Positions 11,995 through 25,805 are shown, numbered from the stretch's first letter. The stretch: DNA of 64,000 nt from Octopus sinensis (GCF_006345805.1 NC_042998.1:6758001-6822000); one strand, 5' to 3'. Made by a program: numbers and translations. The notes: generated by a model not told the origin, from the sequence alone.

Positions 11995-12610
11995 TTCTTT
12001 TACCTTTTATTTATTTTCAGCCACTGGATTGTGGCCATGCTGGGGCAATGCCCTGAAAGATTTAGTTGAGCCAATCAACCCCAGAATTTATTTTTCTGTA
12101 AAGTCTGGTACTTTTTCTTTTGACATCTTTTTCCCAAACTGCTAAGTCATAAGGATAGTAAAAATGACCAACACCAGTGGTCAAGGAGGGGACAAACACA
12201 CACACATACACACACACACATATATATATAATTATTCTTTCATTCCTTTATTTGTTTCAGTCATTTTGACTGTGGTCATGCTGGAGCACCGCCTTTTAGT
12301 CGAAGATATCGAGTCCCGGACTTATTCTTTGTAAGCCTGGTACTTATACTATCGGTTTCTTTTGTCGAACTACTAAGTTACGGGGACTTAAACACACCAA
12401 CATTGGTTGTCGAGTGATGGTGGGGGGGGGGGACAAATACAAACACACAAATATATATATATAGTTACCATCTACCAAATCCACTCACAAAGGTTTGGTC
12501 CACCGAAGCTTTAATAGAAGACATTTGCCCTAGGTGCTACGCAGTGGAACCAAACCCGGAACCATGTGGTTGGTAAGCAAGCTTCTTACCACACAGCCAT
12601 GACTGCGCCT
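11995..12610 (-). mobile_element. Bipartite tRNA-SINE copies: 3' half at 11995-12200 and full copy at 12238-12610
   Basis: Reverse complement of the family consensus seen at 58684-59075. Confidence 0.8.
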
Positions 12611-12617
12611 ATATATG

Positions 12618-12665
<48 letters not shown>

Positions 12666-12725
12666 TATGTATACACATGCATATATATGTGTGTGTGCGT
12701 GTGCGCATTCGTGCTTGTATGTAAG

Positions 12726-12758
<33 letters not shown>

Positions 12759-12812
12759 GATATATTTGCATATGTATGTATATATATATATACACACACA
12801 CACATACACACA

Positions 12813-12846
<34 letters not shown>

Positions 12847-12962
12847 CGTATGCATATATACATACATATATATATACATATATATATATACATATATACA
12901 TGTATGCGCATATATATATATATACATATATATATATGTATGCATATATACATACACATATA

Positions 12963-13083
12963 TAAGGTTGTCACAAAAGTTCGTAGAAAGTCTTGGAAAA
13001 TAATGGTCTTTATTTTGAGGAATAATTTTTGTTGTTTTTGTTAGTACTTGGTGAGTAAAAATTCAATTTTTGGGACAACCTAA
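12963..13083. mobile_element. Short Tc1/mariner-type MITE inserted in (TA)n
   Basis: TIRs taaggttgtcacaaaa / ttttgggacaacctaa flanked by TA; resembles mariner termini (TTAGGTTG.T.CAAAA). Confidence 0.65.
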
Positions 13084-13137
13084 TATATACATATACACAC
13101 ACGCACATATAAAATGACTGAAACAAATATATATATT

Positions 13138-13610
13138 CTTTTATTCTTTTACTCATTTACTTGTTTCAGTCATTTGACTGCAGCCATGCTGGAGCACCGC
13201 CTTTAATCAAGCAACTCGACCCCAATTATTCTTTGTAAGCCTAGTATTTATTCTATCGGTCGCATTTGCTGAACTGCTAAGTTACGAGTTAGTAAACACA
13301 CCAACGTAAGTTGTCAAGGGATGATGTGGGGGACAAACACAGACACCCTAAGACATATATATGCACACATAAATACATATATATATATATAAATGTCGGT
13401 GCCCCAGCATGGCCACAGCTCGTGAGCTGAAACTAGATAAAGATATGACAGGCTTCTTTCAGTTTCCGTCTACCAAATCCACTCACAAGGCTTTGGTCAG
13501 CCCAAAGCTATAGTAGAAGACACTTGCCCAAGGTGCCACACAGTGGGACTGAACTCGGAACCATGTGGTTGGGAGGTAAGCTTCTTACCACACAGCCACT
13601 CCTGCACCTC
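13138..13610 (-). mobile_element. Bipartite tRNA-SINE, full copy
   Basis: ttttactc...cttgtttcagtcatttgactgc at the left end and cttaccacacagccactcctgcacct at the right end. Confidence 0.85.
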
Positions 13611-14019
13611 ATATATGTGTGTGTGTGTGTGTGTGTGTGTATGACTGGCTTGCTCTCAGTTTCCGTCCGCGAAATTCATTCACAAGGTGTTGATGAATGA
13701 GGTGTTCCACAGTGATTGAACACAAACCCACACAGGTGCGTAGCAAGCAGCTTAACCATGCAGCCACGTTAATGCATATGAATGAACGCTGAATGTTTGT
13801 ATTTATATACAACTATGTATGCATATATACATATGGTGTTCACACAAACACACACACGCACACATCGATAAATTGACAAATAACCATAAATACGTGTATA
13901 TATTTATGCCTATCTTTATCTATGCATATAGATAATTATGTGTGTGCGTGTGTCAGTGTGTATATATGTATCTGTGCACATATCTATATATATTTTTAAA
14001 TGTATAGTTTTTTGCATCT

Positions 14020-14047
14020 GTCTATCGATCTATCTATCTGTCTATCC

Positions 14048-14078
<31 letters not shown>

Positions 14079-14080
14079 CT

Positions 14081-14129
<49 letters not shown>

Positions 14130-14165
14130 ATCTATCTATATCTATCTATCTATCTATCTACCTAC

Positions 14166-14224
<59 letters not shown>

Positions 14225-14242
14225 CCTAAACTACCTATCTAC

Positions 14243-14320
<78 letters not shown>
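14020..14320. repeat. (TATC)n tetranucleotide microsatellite
   Basis: Visible directly; source of the YLSI/SIYL ORFs. Confidence 0.95.
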
Positions 14321-14327
<7 letters not shown>

Positions 14328-14749
14328 CTTCTTTTTTCATCAGAAAGTTACGAAAGTAACTCCAGAGCTGAGAGTTTTATGCAGGGCACTTATAAAACTG
14401 TTTCTATCTCCCCTTCAGGGTTTCGCTAAACCTGTGTGTTTGTATGTGTGTGTACGTTTGTCTATCTATGTATATACAATTGTGTGTATGCACATGCATG
14501 TGTGTGTATATATATATATATATCAGTGTGTGCGTGTCTGTATATATATATATATACACACACTCATATATGCACACACACATGTGCACACGAGTGTGCG
14601 TGCGTGCGCACACAGACACACAAACATACTCGCACGCGTAAATGTAATCAGAAAGCAATTAATTAAAAACAAATCCATGCATTCATATAAAAAAAAATAT
14701 ATATATACAAAACACACGCACACAGAGCGTGTATGTATGTTTATATAAG

Positions 14750-15250
14750 CAGAGAGAGAGAGAGAGAGAGAGAGAGGAGTGTTATTCATTCTCCCTCACG
14801 CGCACGCTCGCACAGATCCACGCAGACACATAAATACTTTCATTGTCTGAATGAAAGAATTATTCTGCACACGAGTTTGATAGTGTCTTCTTCTTCTCTC
14901 TTATGCCTAGTAGGTGTCGTTAAATTTTCAACTATACGTTATTTGCAAGAAGTAAGCAGATGCGATGCGCGGAGTCAAGCTGCGAGGTGTGTTCATTTTT
15001 GATAATCCAGATACCATCTCATCAATGGCACCGCCTTTTCACCACCCATCCACAATCCACTATCTTTTTCTCCGTTGTCTTTTCTCTGTCGACGTCGTCG
15101 TCCTTGTTGCCAAAATCAAAACAAAACCATATCTATATTTTCGGCCTTCTTATACGGAACGGGGCTCTTTTACACGCGGATCGAATCGAAGTTCTAACTG
15201 CATTTATAGATTTATTGTAGCTGTGATAGGAATTAGTGATAAGAGTGAAT
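14750..15250 (+). promoter_or_regulatory. CpG-enriched unique segment next to a (GA)n tract; candidate distal promoter/TSS region for RasGRF or a divergent transcript
   Basis: Many CpGs in an otherwise CpG-poor window (cacgcgcacgctcgc, gatgcgatgcgcgg, gtcgacgtcgtcg, acacgcggatcgaatcg); not a recognisable repeat. Confidence 0.35.
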
Positions 15251-17939
15251 TTGTTTTTTGAATTTTTAGAGCCGGTAAAAGGCAAGCTGGGAAAAACTAG
15301 AAGCACAGAATGGTATTTTAGTAAAGATAGCAGTAACAACGACATCAGCAACATAACTTGACGGCCACGATGACGAGGAAAGGAGAGAAAGAAAGAGATA
15401 GCACCACCAAGTTTTATGAATGAGATTGCCGGGTGATGTAGAAGTGATGTGTATGAATTGTGTAGATGACTGAGAGAGAGAACGTAGTGTAGAGCAGGTA
15501 ACGAAAAGAATGAATGCTTATATGCGAGAGCTAAGTTTTAGAGAGAAAGAGTAAAAGATACAGAGAGAAAAGGCGGAGTATAAGGAGGGGAATGGAGCAT
15601 CAGGGAGGTGTGAGAGTTGAAAAGAGGAGGAGAAACGGAGTTAAAGACAGGAAGAAGAAGAAAGGGGGTAGGAAGAAAAAAAAAAGCAACAGATTTTATT
15701 AAGTAAAATGTCTTTAGTTATTTGAGAAAAATTCATTAATTTCATATCTAGATAAGTAGATGGAAGAAGGGGATTGTAATGCAGTGCGATGAAGGAGACG
15801 AATTTGGAAAGTTTGTGTAAAAATATACGAGCGAAAAAAAGAAAGGATACACGGAGGGGAAGAAGAAGAATTCTACAGCTGGTGAAAAGTAAACAGAAGT
15901 GATATGAGAGAGATAGACGTTTGGAAGGAAGGAGGGCGGAATTGAGGAAGAAAGAGCAAAAGATGGAGAGAGACAGAAGGAGAGAGAGAGAGAAACTGCA
16001 TGTGAGAGATGGAGAGACGGAGAGAGAGAGAGAGAGAATGAACGTTAACAGTGGTCAAGAGAGGAGATAAAGTGCGCTGAAAGAGTGGAGAAGTCGGTAT
16101 TTGCAGCGTGTTTTGAATGGTCGAGAATGTATGGCAATATGTTATATCTACCTGAAGTCTTTGGCTTTTAATCTTTTACCAAACGTGCACTTGAAAGTGT
16201 CCAAGGAGAAGGAAGAGGAAACTGAGAAACTGAAGATGTTGGAGTTGAAGGATGTCAAGAAAATTCAAAAGAGAAGAAGAAGAAGAAAGAAGAAGAAAGA
16301 AGCAATACGAAGCAGAAGAAAACGAAGACGAAGATGGTAAAGAAAAAAAACATGTAGAAAAAGAAAAGAAAAAGAGAGAGAGAACATGATGTGGGGCATA
16401 ACTATTTCCCTTAAGAAGAAATAACTATCAGAATCGCTGTAAGCTTCGGCAAGGTTTTAAAATCTTTTAATATGCATACATATATTATTAATACACACAC
16501 ATATATGTAAATATACATCTGTATTTACATACACCCATGCATAAATTCAAACGTACACATATATATATATACATACATATGTCATCAGTAGAAATGCAAA
16601 TCTTGTTTGTATCTGGATGTAAACATTTACATACATATACATACATGCATACTTACCAACATTTATGTATGTATATATGTATATACGTATGCATGAATGT
16701 ATATATGTATGAATGAATGTATGTATGTATGTATGTATAAATGAATGAATGAATGTATATATGTATGAATGTATGTATGTATGAATGAATGTATGTATGT
16801 TTGCGCATCGGTATTTGATTTTTGCGTATGCTATGTACATTATGTATGTGTATATGCACGAAAAAATATAGGAGTGTGGATGCGTGTATGTAAGAAAAAA
16901 CATGATCCATATGTAAGTTTTCTATGTCTCCATGTCCGTCCTTTCGTTCAGTCCTTGACCAATTCTTCTTATTCATTCATAACAAAAAAAAAACGCACAC
17001 GGTCACACTACATAAACGATATACTACAATCTTCATGTAGTGTTTATTATGAATGATAGCAAGATTACAGGTGTTTCAACAAAAATGAGGGGAGAAAAAA
17101 ACTACAGGTAAAAAGATGGCAAAAGTGTGATAAAGTTTTGCCAATTTCGTTTCAAGGTGATTGATTTGTTTTTTTGTTTTTTTTTTGCTGTTGATGAGTT
17201 TATTTATTCATTTCTCTATTTTTATATTCGATCTCACTGCAACTATTATTATCATTATTATTATTATTATTGTTGTTGTTGTTGTTACTGTTCTAGTTTT
17301 TGTTATTAACGTGGGGACTATTGATGTGGTTATTGAGTTGTTGTTTTTTTACCTTTTCTTTTTACTGCTCTTGTTATTATCTATTATAAGTTTAAAGGAA
17401 CATTGATTATTGATCACCATCGTTTTTCATTAATATTGTTTGTTTTTTGCGTTTTCCGACTCTAATATATTACAGCGGACTTTGATTTTTTGCGAACAGG
17501 TTTCAAATATATCTAAAATACAACCAACTTTTAAGTCTTATCACTTTTTATCACATTCTTATTTTTCACTTTTTCTCTAAAAAAAAAAAAAAAATGCAAA
17601 TAACACAACTTCCGATTTCTCAAATAATAATCTTAGTACGTTAAACCCTGATTCTTTGGAAATAATTCCTAATAGTTCTAATAGTTAATTTGTTTTCTTA
17701 TCGATGTTGGCTGACGTTTTTTTTCTTTGGTTTCATAATAGTTTTGTGAAGAATCAATTGTCTTTTAATTTGTTTATTTGTTTTGTTTGTTTCTACATTT
17801 TTACTCTTGTTTTGATTCGTTTAAAACTGATATTCCCCTCCTCCTCTCTTTGAAAACTTGTTGTTAGAAGAAGAAGGATAAGAAAAACAAAAAAAGAATG
17901 AGAAAAAGAGAAGGAAAAAATCGAAAGAAAGAATTCTTC

Positions 17940-18143
17940 GAATTACTGCTATCAGCCCGGCCTCTAATGCTAGTGCAACAGATGTTGCTTCTATTTGCAC
18001 GAGGATTGATACTATTGGCACAGCCAACGATATCATTGGCATAGACTTCGACTGCTATTGCCACGGCTGGTGACGCGCGCACACGTTACAACAGCGTTGA
18101 TAGTCAGAATGGGAGGGAGAGGGAGAGAGAGAGAGACAGAGAC

Positions 18144-18183
<40 letters not shown>

Positions 18184-18330
18184 AGTGTGAGTGGAGATAT
18201 GAGGGGGACAGAGTGAGGAGAAAAAGCAAGCAAGAAGCAAGGAAGGGGGTTTTGTAAATATCAAAAAACAAAAACAACGGAAAGGAAGGGAAAAAAAAGA
18301 GTAAAAAGCAGAGCACGGCGTAAGAGACGG
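17940..18330 (+). promoter_or_regulatory. CpG-enriched segment plus (GA)n tract ~1 kb upstream of the RasGRF ATG; candidate proximal promoter/5' UTR start
   Basis: cagcccggcc, ccacggctggtgacgcgcgcacacg, gagcacggcgtaagagacgg; (GA)n at 18115-18180. Confidence 0.4.
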
Positions 18331-18399
18331 AGTGAAGAAGTATTGAAGGTAGTGGTAGGAACTGAACTGGTGGTCACCTCAACACCAGCAGCAACACTG

Positions 18400-19215
18400 A
18401 GACTGTAGTATCAACCAAAAACAAGAACGACAACAGCAACAACTTCCATCATCAGCATCATCATCATTACCATCATCCACATCACTACCATACCCATACT
18501 CATCACCATCATCATCATCGTCATCGTCATCGTCGTAGTCCTTATAACCGCCACCATCGTCGTCTGCTCAACCACCACCAAACAGCCCACCTCTCCCCAC
18601 GAACGCTTCTCCCACAACCAAAGCCCCCCATCATCATCATCGTCATCGTCATCATCATCATCGTCATCATCAACATCGTCATCGTTTCGATAGTGACCAC
18701 CTCCACCGCTGTCCTGTCGTCGCTGCCGTCGAATACAAGCCATCATCATCATCATCATCATCATTGACCAGTTGTTGTTGTTGTTGTTGTTGATGTTGTC
18801 CAGCTTCTTGAGACTTAGATTTACCACCACCACCACCACCACCGCCACTACCATCACGATCACCACCACGGCGGCGACGGCAACTACCACCAGCAAGCAC
18901 CTCCAACGCCTCCTTCACCATCACCACCTACAACACCATCACTACCACCACCACAACCACCACAACCACCACCACCACCACCAGCTTTATCATCGACACT
19001 TCCATCATCACCACTTCTGCATCAACCACTAACACCACCACTACCACCACCACCATCACCACCACACCACCGCCATCATCACCACACTCATTAACCACCA
19101 CCACAATCATCACCATCGCCTCTACAGCCCCATTCACCACCACCACCATTAACACCATCACCTCCACTACTACTACTACTATTACTACTACTACTACTAC
19201 TACTACTACAGCATA
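18400..19215 (+). repeat. Mosaic of trinucleotide repeats (CAT, CGT, GTT, CAC, ACT) directly upstream of the RasGRF start codon
   Basis: Visible directly; explains the poly-D/H/V/M ORFs on both strands. Confidence 0.9.
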
Positions 19216-19280
19216 TACTTCTACTATCAACTCCCGTGTCTTGGGGAATATAACCACCAAATATATATAAAAATTCGACA

Positions 19281-19547
19281 ATGCAAAAAGCGATCCGATT
19301 CAATGAGAGCCAAATATTATATTTGGCCCAAAAGGCTCGCCAGGAGAACACTCTGTGCGGTTACCTGTACAAGAAAAGTTCCGATACTGGCAAGTGGCAG
19401 CTCAGGTGGTTCATACTTTACCAGAATTTCCTGTTTTACTATGAGAATGATTCTGCAAGCCGGCCGTCAGGAGTGGCCCTGTTAGAAGGAAGCTATTGTG
19501 ACCGAGCAGTCGTAACTACCAGTAACAAAACCAAGGATGAAAAACAG
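19281..19547 (+). CDS. RASGRF1: First coding exon of a Ras guanine-nucleotide-releasing factor (RasGRF1/2 orthologue); N-terminal PH domain, 89 codons, phase-0 GT donor at 19548
   Basis: MQKAIRFNESQILYLAQKARQENTLCGYLYKKSSDTGKWQLRWFILYQNFLFYYENDSASRPSGVALLEGSYCDR...EKQ aligns from memory with human RASGRF1 MQKAIRLNDG...GYLSKRSSDNTKWQTKWFALLQNLLFYFESDSSSRPSGLYLLEGCVCDR...EKQ. In-frame upstream TAA at 19251, A at -3, and CAG|GTGTGA donor. Invertebrates usually have one gene for vertebrate RASGRF1 and RASGRF2. Confidence 0.95.
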
Positions 19548-20687
19548 GTGTGAATATTATAACTCTACTATACTTTCTTCATTTATGTTTTTGTATCGTT
19601 TACCTGTTATTTCCTTTAGCTTTAAAAAAATTTTTTTTTCATGTCTCTATTTTTTGCATCTTAAATTAATTTCAGTTTAAAATTTTTTGACTTCCTTCTT
19701 TCTCTTGTTCGTCTTCAATTTGCTGTTTTATTTCGCTTTTCTTATAATTATTATTTCTATTATCCTTATTGTTACTATTATTATTATTATGATCATCATC
19801 GTTATCATTATCATCATTATCATCATTATCATCAGCATCTCTGTTATGACTTATTTCATCCTAAGTTTCAATTAAGGACTTGCGAAAAAGAAAGAAAAAA
19901 AACTCACCAAAAGTGATACTAAAGAAATATCAAAAACAAAAAAAATGCTGCAATTTTTACATATTCCTAATTAATCTTGACTGTGTATGCTATCCATTAT
20001 GTTATGCTTAAATCATGTCTTTTATTTGTGATAAAATATTTGCTTGCAATCTACCAAAGAAAAAAAAATCAAAAATTAAAAAAAAAACCCCAGAAAACCA
20101 AGCTCAAAAGTGAAAAGAAAAAAAAAAGAAAATTTTCTGACTTTGTCAAGAAATTTAGTTCCTCTGCTTTCATTCTATTAAGTTTATGCTACAATTCTTC
20201 ATGAAACACTTTTTTGGTTTATTTGGGTCTCATATTTGATTTCTACCTGCATTTACCTTCATCAGTGGTTGATTTCTGTTATAAATATGTCAGGTGTAAA
20301 GATAGATGCTGTTTTTCTGTAGTTCAATACTTGTTAATAATTCTTCCTTGGCTAAGCGTACTATGCGTGTGAGCGTGCTCGTGTATGTGTTGTGTGCATG
20401 TGTGTATGTGTGTGCGTTTGTATGAGTGTATGTGTATCTATATGTGTGTTTTTGTATGCATGCATATATATATATATCCATATATATGTATGTGTGTGTC
20501 TATATATATATGTATGTAACTGTGTATATGTATGTGTATAAACGTATATGTATATGCATATATATATATATACACACACACATATCTGCATATCTATGTT
20601 CATTTACATGTGCAAATCTATATAATTATGTAATATATATAAATTGTATATCTATCTATATATATATATGTGTGTGTGTGTATATGT

Positions 20688-20721
<34 letters not shown>

Positions 20722-20924
20722 ATAAACACATACAAATGAATATATATATATATATATGCATATATATATGTATATATATGTATGTATATACATATATATA
20801 TATATGTATATATGTATGTATTTATATATGTGTATATATATATATATATATCCATATATATGTATGTGTGTGTCTATATATATATGTATATATATATATA
20901 CGTATATATATATGTATGTATTTA

Positions 20925-20965
<41 letters not shown>

Positions 20966-21822
20966 GTACACACACACAGCCACACATGTGTGTGTGTGTG
21001 TGTATATATTTATCATTATCTGAATTTATTAATTTTGGGGAAAAAGACAACTGTGTGTATCTCAGAAACATTTCTGTTAAATTTGGAAAAATACTTTCTT
21101 CATTTATTGAAAGAAAAACACAAATATATACTTTTAGCCATTAAAATTACATTCAATATCTCTGCTATTGTTTGCTAATATCATCAGAGTATTTTCTTTT
21201 TTTATTTTTCCATTCTGTTTTTTTTTCCTTTTCCCCCACCTTTCTCTAATAATGTTTGAACTATTCTTGCTGTTGATTCAAAGTTGATCAACACTACAAT
21301 GCCTCAGTTGTGCTACAGGTGTGCCTGTTTGATCATAGCATTGCAGGTGTATACCATAGACTGCTTTTCATGTGTATAAGCTTGTTGGTCTGCAAGCATA
21401 GATCCCCGCTCTCCCCCACCACCACCGCCACCACCACCATCAAGTGACGTGCTCGTCGCCGCCGCCGCCACCACCACCATCATCGTAGGCACCATCGCTG
21501 CCTCTTTCTTTGCCAACCATCGCAAACAATCATGTGGTAACAGAACTGTTAACACTAGTAAACACACTTATCGATGTCTCTTGTGAAACGGTTGTTGCTC
21601 TAAGAATTTGAAAGTAAATATATATGTTTTAATTAACTTGTGTGATTGAAATAAATATAGATGCATGTGCACACACACTCAACACCACACACACACACGT
21701 TGATATGCACACATTTTTTTGTACGTATATATGTATATATGTGCATATATATATATATATTTATGCACACACATACATAGATATATACACATATACATAT
21801 GTGATATGTATATATACATGTA

Positions 21823-21876
<54 letters not shown>

Positions 21877-22374
21877 CATGCACACACATATATATGTATG
21901 TGTATTTGTAAATGTATACATATATATGTATGTGTATTTGTAAATGAATATATATATATATATACACACACATATATAATGTATATATATATATAATATA
22001 TATATATATATAATATATATAATATATGTATATATACTCTTTTACTCTTTTACTTGTTTCAGCCATCCGGCTGAGGCCATGCTGGGGCACCACCCTTGTT
22101 GCTACCCTCTCTAAGTCCAGTTTGCCGTGGCTGGCCACTGATCTAAGAGAGAGTTTGTAGCTGCTGCCCTTAGGTTACCTTCGTACCTTGCAGTGGGTTC
22201 ATCTGGGATCCCGGAAAGCAGCTTGTCTAGATGTTTTTTGAAATGTCCACATCCGCATCATGTAGATCTCTTAGTTTTCTTGGCAGTTTGTTGAATATAT
22301 ATATATATTTACAATGGGTAAACATATGAGTTGGCCATTGGGTGAATAAACAAATTCCTTAGTGGTTTTAAGCT

Positions 22375-24051
22375 GTTGGTTAGGTGTATTCGAGTCAGAC
22401 CATAAGCATACTTTTTCCTTATATTTTCATGCATTTTACCAAAGACAATCCATGCCTTTCATCTTTATGGGGTTGATAAAATAACTTACCAGTTGAACAC
22501 TGGGCTTGATGTAATCAACTATCTACCCCACCACGACCACCACCACCAAAACGTCAAACTTTGGCGAGGTGACTAGTCGGTTATATTGAACCCCTAGTGT
22601 TTCAATTAAGTACCAGTGAAACACTGGAGTCGATATAATTGAGTAGTCCCCTCCCCATAAATTTGAGGCCTTGTGCCTCCAGTAGGAGGAATTATTATTA
22701 TTATTATTTGTCAGAATCATTACAACGTCGCAAAAACTCTCATCATATTTCTTCTGGCTCTTTCCATTCCGAGTTTCAATCTGGTTGAGGCCAATGTTGC
22801 CAGTTGCCCTCCTAGGGTCAATATGATGAAATAAATACCTCTCAAGTACTAGGTTCAATGGTATCAAATCACCCATTCCCATCAAAAGTTGCTGGCTTTG
22901 TGCCCGTGTCAGAAACCATTCAGGTGGTGAGCTGATAAAAAACCATTTAGAATGTCACAAAAATACCTGAATGCATGTGTTCCAACTCAACACATTCCGA
23001 GTTCAATTACTGCTAAAGTCAACTTTGCCTTCCTTCCCTGAAAATCTTCGGGTTTAATGGTATTGACTATCTCAATTCCTCTAAAATTGCTGGCCTTGTA
23101 CTAAAATCTGAAACAATTTTAAGGCAGTAAGCCTAGCAGACTCATTAGTGCATCAGATAAAATACTTAGTACCAATTCTTCCAGGCTCTTTACTTTTTTT
23201 TTTTTTTTCTTGCGTTCTGGTCCTGCTAAGGCCAACTTTGTCCTCCATCCTTCAGGAATCGATAAAATAAGTACCAATCAAGCACTGGGTTTGAGATTAT
23301 CAACCGTCTCCTCAAAATGGCTGGCCTTGAACTGGCAGAATCACTACTGCGTTGGACAAAATGCTTCTCAGTATTTCTTCTCACTTAATGTTCTGAGTTC
23401 AAATTCTGTTGAGGTTGGCTTTGCCTTTCATCCTTTTGGGGTTGATAAAATAAGTAGCAGTTCAGTACTGAGGTCAATGCTATTGACTAGCCCCTCCCTC
23501 CAAAATTCAGGCCTTGTGCCTATAAAAGAAAGGATTATTATTATTATTAAGACGGTGAGCTGGCAGAATCTTTAGCACACTGGACGAAATGCTTAGTGGT
23601 ATTTCGTCCGTCTTTACGTTCTGAGTTCAAATTCCACTGAGGTTGACTTTGCCTTTCATACTTTCAAGGTTGATAAATTAAGTACCATTGAAACACCAAG
23701 ATCGATGTAATCGACTACTACTCCCCTCCCCCAATATTTCAGGCCTTGTGCCTATAGTAGAAAGGATTATTGCTATTATTATTATCATTATTATTATTAT
23801 TGTTATTATTATTATTAAGGCCTTGTGTGAGCAAAGTCGTTAGCGCATTGGACAAAATATATTGTGGTATTTCTTCTAGCTTTATGCTTTGAGTTCAAAT
23901 TCCATAGAGGTTGACTTTGCCATTCATCTTTTTGGTGTCAATAAAATAAGTACCAGTTGCATATTGGAGTTGAAGTAATCAACCAGCACTCCTTCCTCAC
24001 CAAAATTTCTGACCTTGTATCCATAGAAGAAAGAAAGAATTATTATTCTTA

Positions 24052-24082
<31 letters not shown>

Positions 24083-25133
24083 CAAGGTGAAAATCTGGCG
24101 AAATTGCTAAAATGCTTAGCAACATTTCTTATGGCTTTATGTTCTGAGTTCAAAATCTGCCAATGTCACTGTTACTTTTTATTCTTTCGGGCTTGCTAAA
24201 AACAGTACCAATTGAGCACTGGGGTTGATATGATCACCTAACCGCTCCTGCAAAATTTCGGGCTTCTTGCCTAAAGTAGAGAGAATTTTTATTATTTTGA
24301 AGAACCATTTGAGCATAAAACAAAGTGCCTTGCAGTAGTTGTCCACTCTCTTTACAGTCTAGCTGTTGTCAGCTTTGCCTGTCATCCATCTACAGTTGGT
24401 AAAATAAAAATTCAATCAAGTACTAAGACTAGATATATAATTGATTAAACCTCTCCTTCAAAATTACTAATCTTGGGCTTTAGTTAAAAACAATTATGGT
24501 TGGTAGAAATGTTAGAGTGTCAGACAAAATTCCTAGCATTATTTGCTTCTGACTGACAAGGGCAGTGAGCTAGCAGAATCATTAGCACACTTGTCGAAAT
24601 GCTTAGCGGAATATCAGCCATCTTTACATTCCGAGTTCAAAATCTACCGAGGTCGACTTTGCTTTTCATCCTTTGAGGGTCAATGTAATTGACTCTCTTC
24701 TCTTAAAATTTCAGGCCTTGTGCCTATAGAAGAAAGGATTATTATTATTATTATTATTATTTTCAAATTCTGCTGAGGTCAACTTTGCCTTTCATCCTTT
24801 CAGGGTTGATAAATCAAGTACCAGTTGAGTACTGGGGTCGATGTAATTGATCATCCCTCTTCTGCAAACTTTCAAGCCCTTGTGCCTATAGTAGAAAAGA
24901 TTATTATTATTATAATTATTATTAAAGGCAGCAAGCTGGCAGAATCACTAGCATGCTGGACGAAATGCTTAGCGGTATTTCGCCAGTCACTACGTTGTGA
25001 GTTCAAATTCCGCTGGGGTCAACTTTGCCTTTCATCCTTTCGAGGTCAATAAATTAAGTACCAGTGAAACACGGTGTAATCGACTTAGCCCTCTCCCCGC
25101 AAAATGGCTGCCCTTGTGGCAAAAATTTGAAGC

Positions 25134-25167
<34 letters not shown>

Positions 25168-25766
25168 TATTATTATTATTAAGGTGGCTTGCAGGCAGAA
25201 TTGATAGCATGCCAGAGAACTGTTAAGCGGCATTTCATCCGTCTTTAACATTCTGAGTTTAAAATCTACCCAAGGTTGACGTTGCCTTTCATTCTTTCAG
25301 AGTCAATGAAATAAATTCCTGTTGAGCATGAGGGGTGGAAGTGCGTGTGTGTGGGGCTCGATGTAATCATCAATCCTTCTCCCACGAAATTTCAGGCCTT
25401 GTGCCTATAAGCAGAAAGTAAAAGAGGACTATATATTCTAAGTTCAGAGTCAATAATATAAAATACCAGTGAAATGCTAGGGGTTGATGTGACCAGCCCC
25501 ATTTCTTTTAAAACTGTTGGCCCTGTGCCTAAATCAGTAACAATTATTATAGGATGATGGATTAGTAGAATTATTGGAGTGCTGGATAAAATGTTTTGCA
25601 GTATTAGTTTTGAGTCTTTATGTACTGTGTTCAAATCCAACTAAAGTCAGCTTCACCTTTCATCCCTCCAAGTCAGTAAAATAAAACACCAGTCTACTAT
25701 TGGGATTGCTGTATTTACTCAAAGCCCTCTTCTCCAAATTACTGTACCTTCTGCTTAACTAAAAAC

Positions 25767-25805
<39 letters not shown>

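Noticed and set aside
18411-19281. Poly-Asp/His/Val/Met ORFs upstream of RasGRF as a separate gene or N-terminal extension
   Set aside because: Pure trinucleotide repeats; an in-frame TAA at 19251-19253 closes the RasGRF frame upstream of the ATG.
21319-21450. Candidate RasGRF exon 2 after tgctacag
   Set aside because: Phase-0 translation (VCLFDHSIAG...TTTIK*) has no similarity to the PH-domain continuation and ends in a stop.
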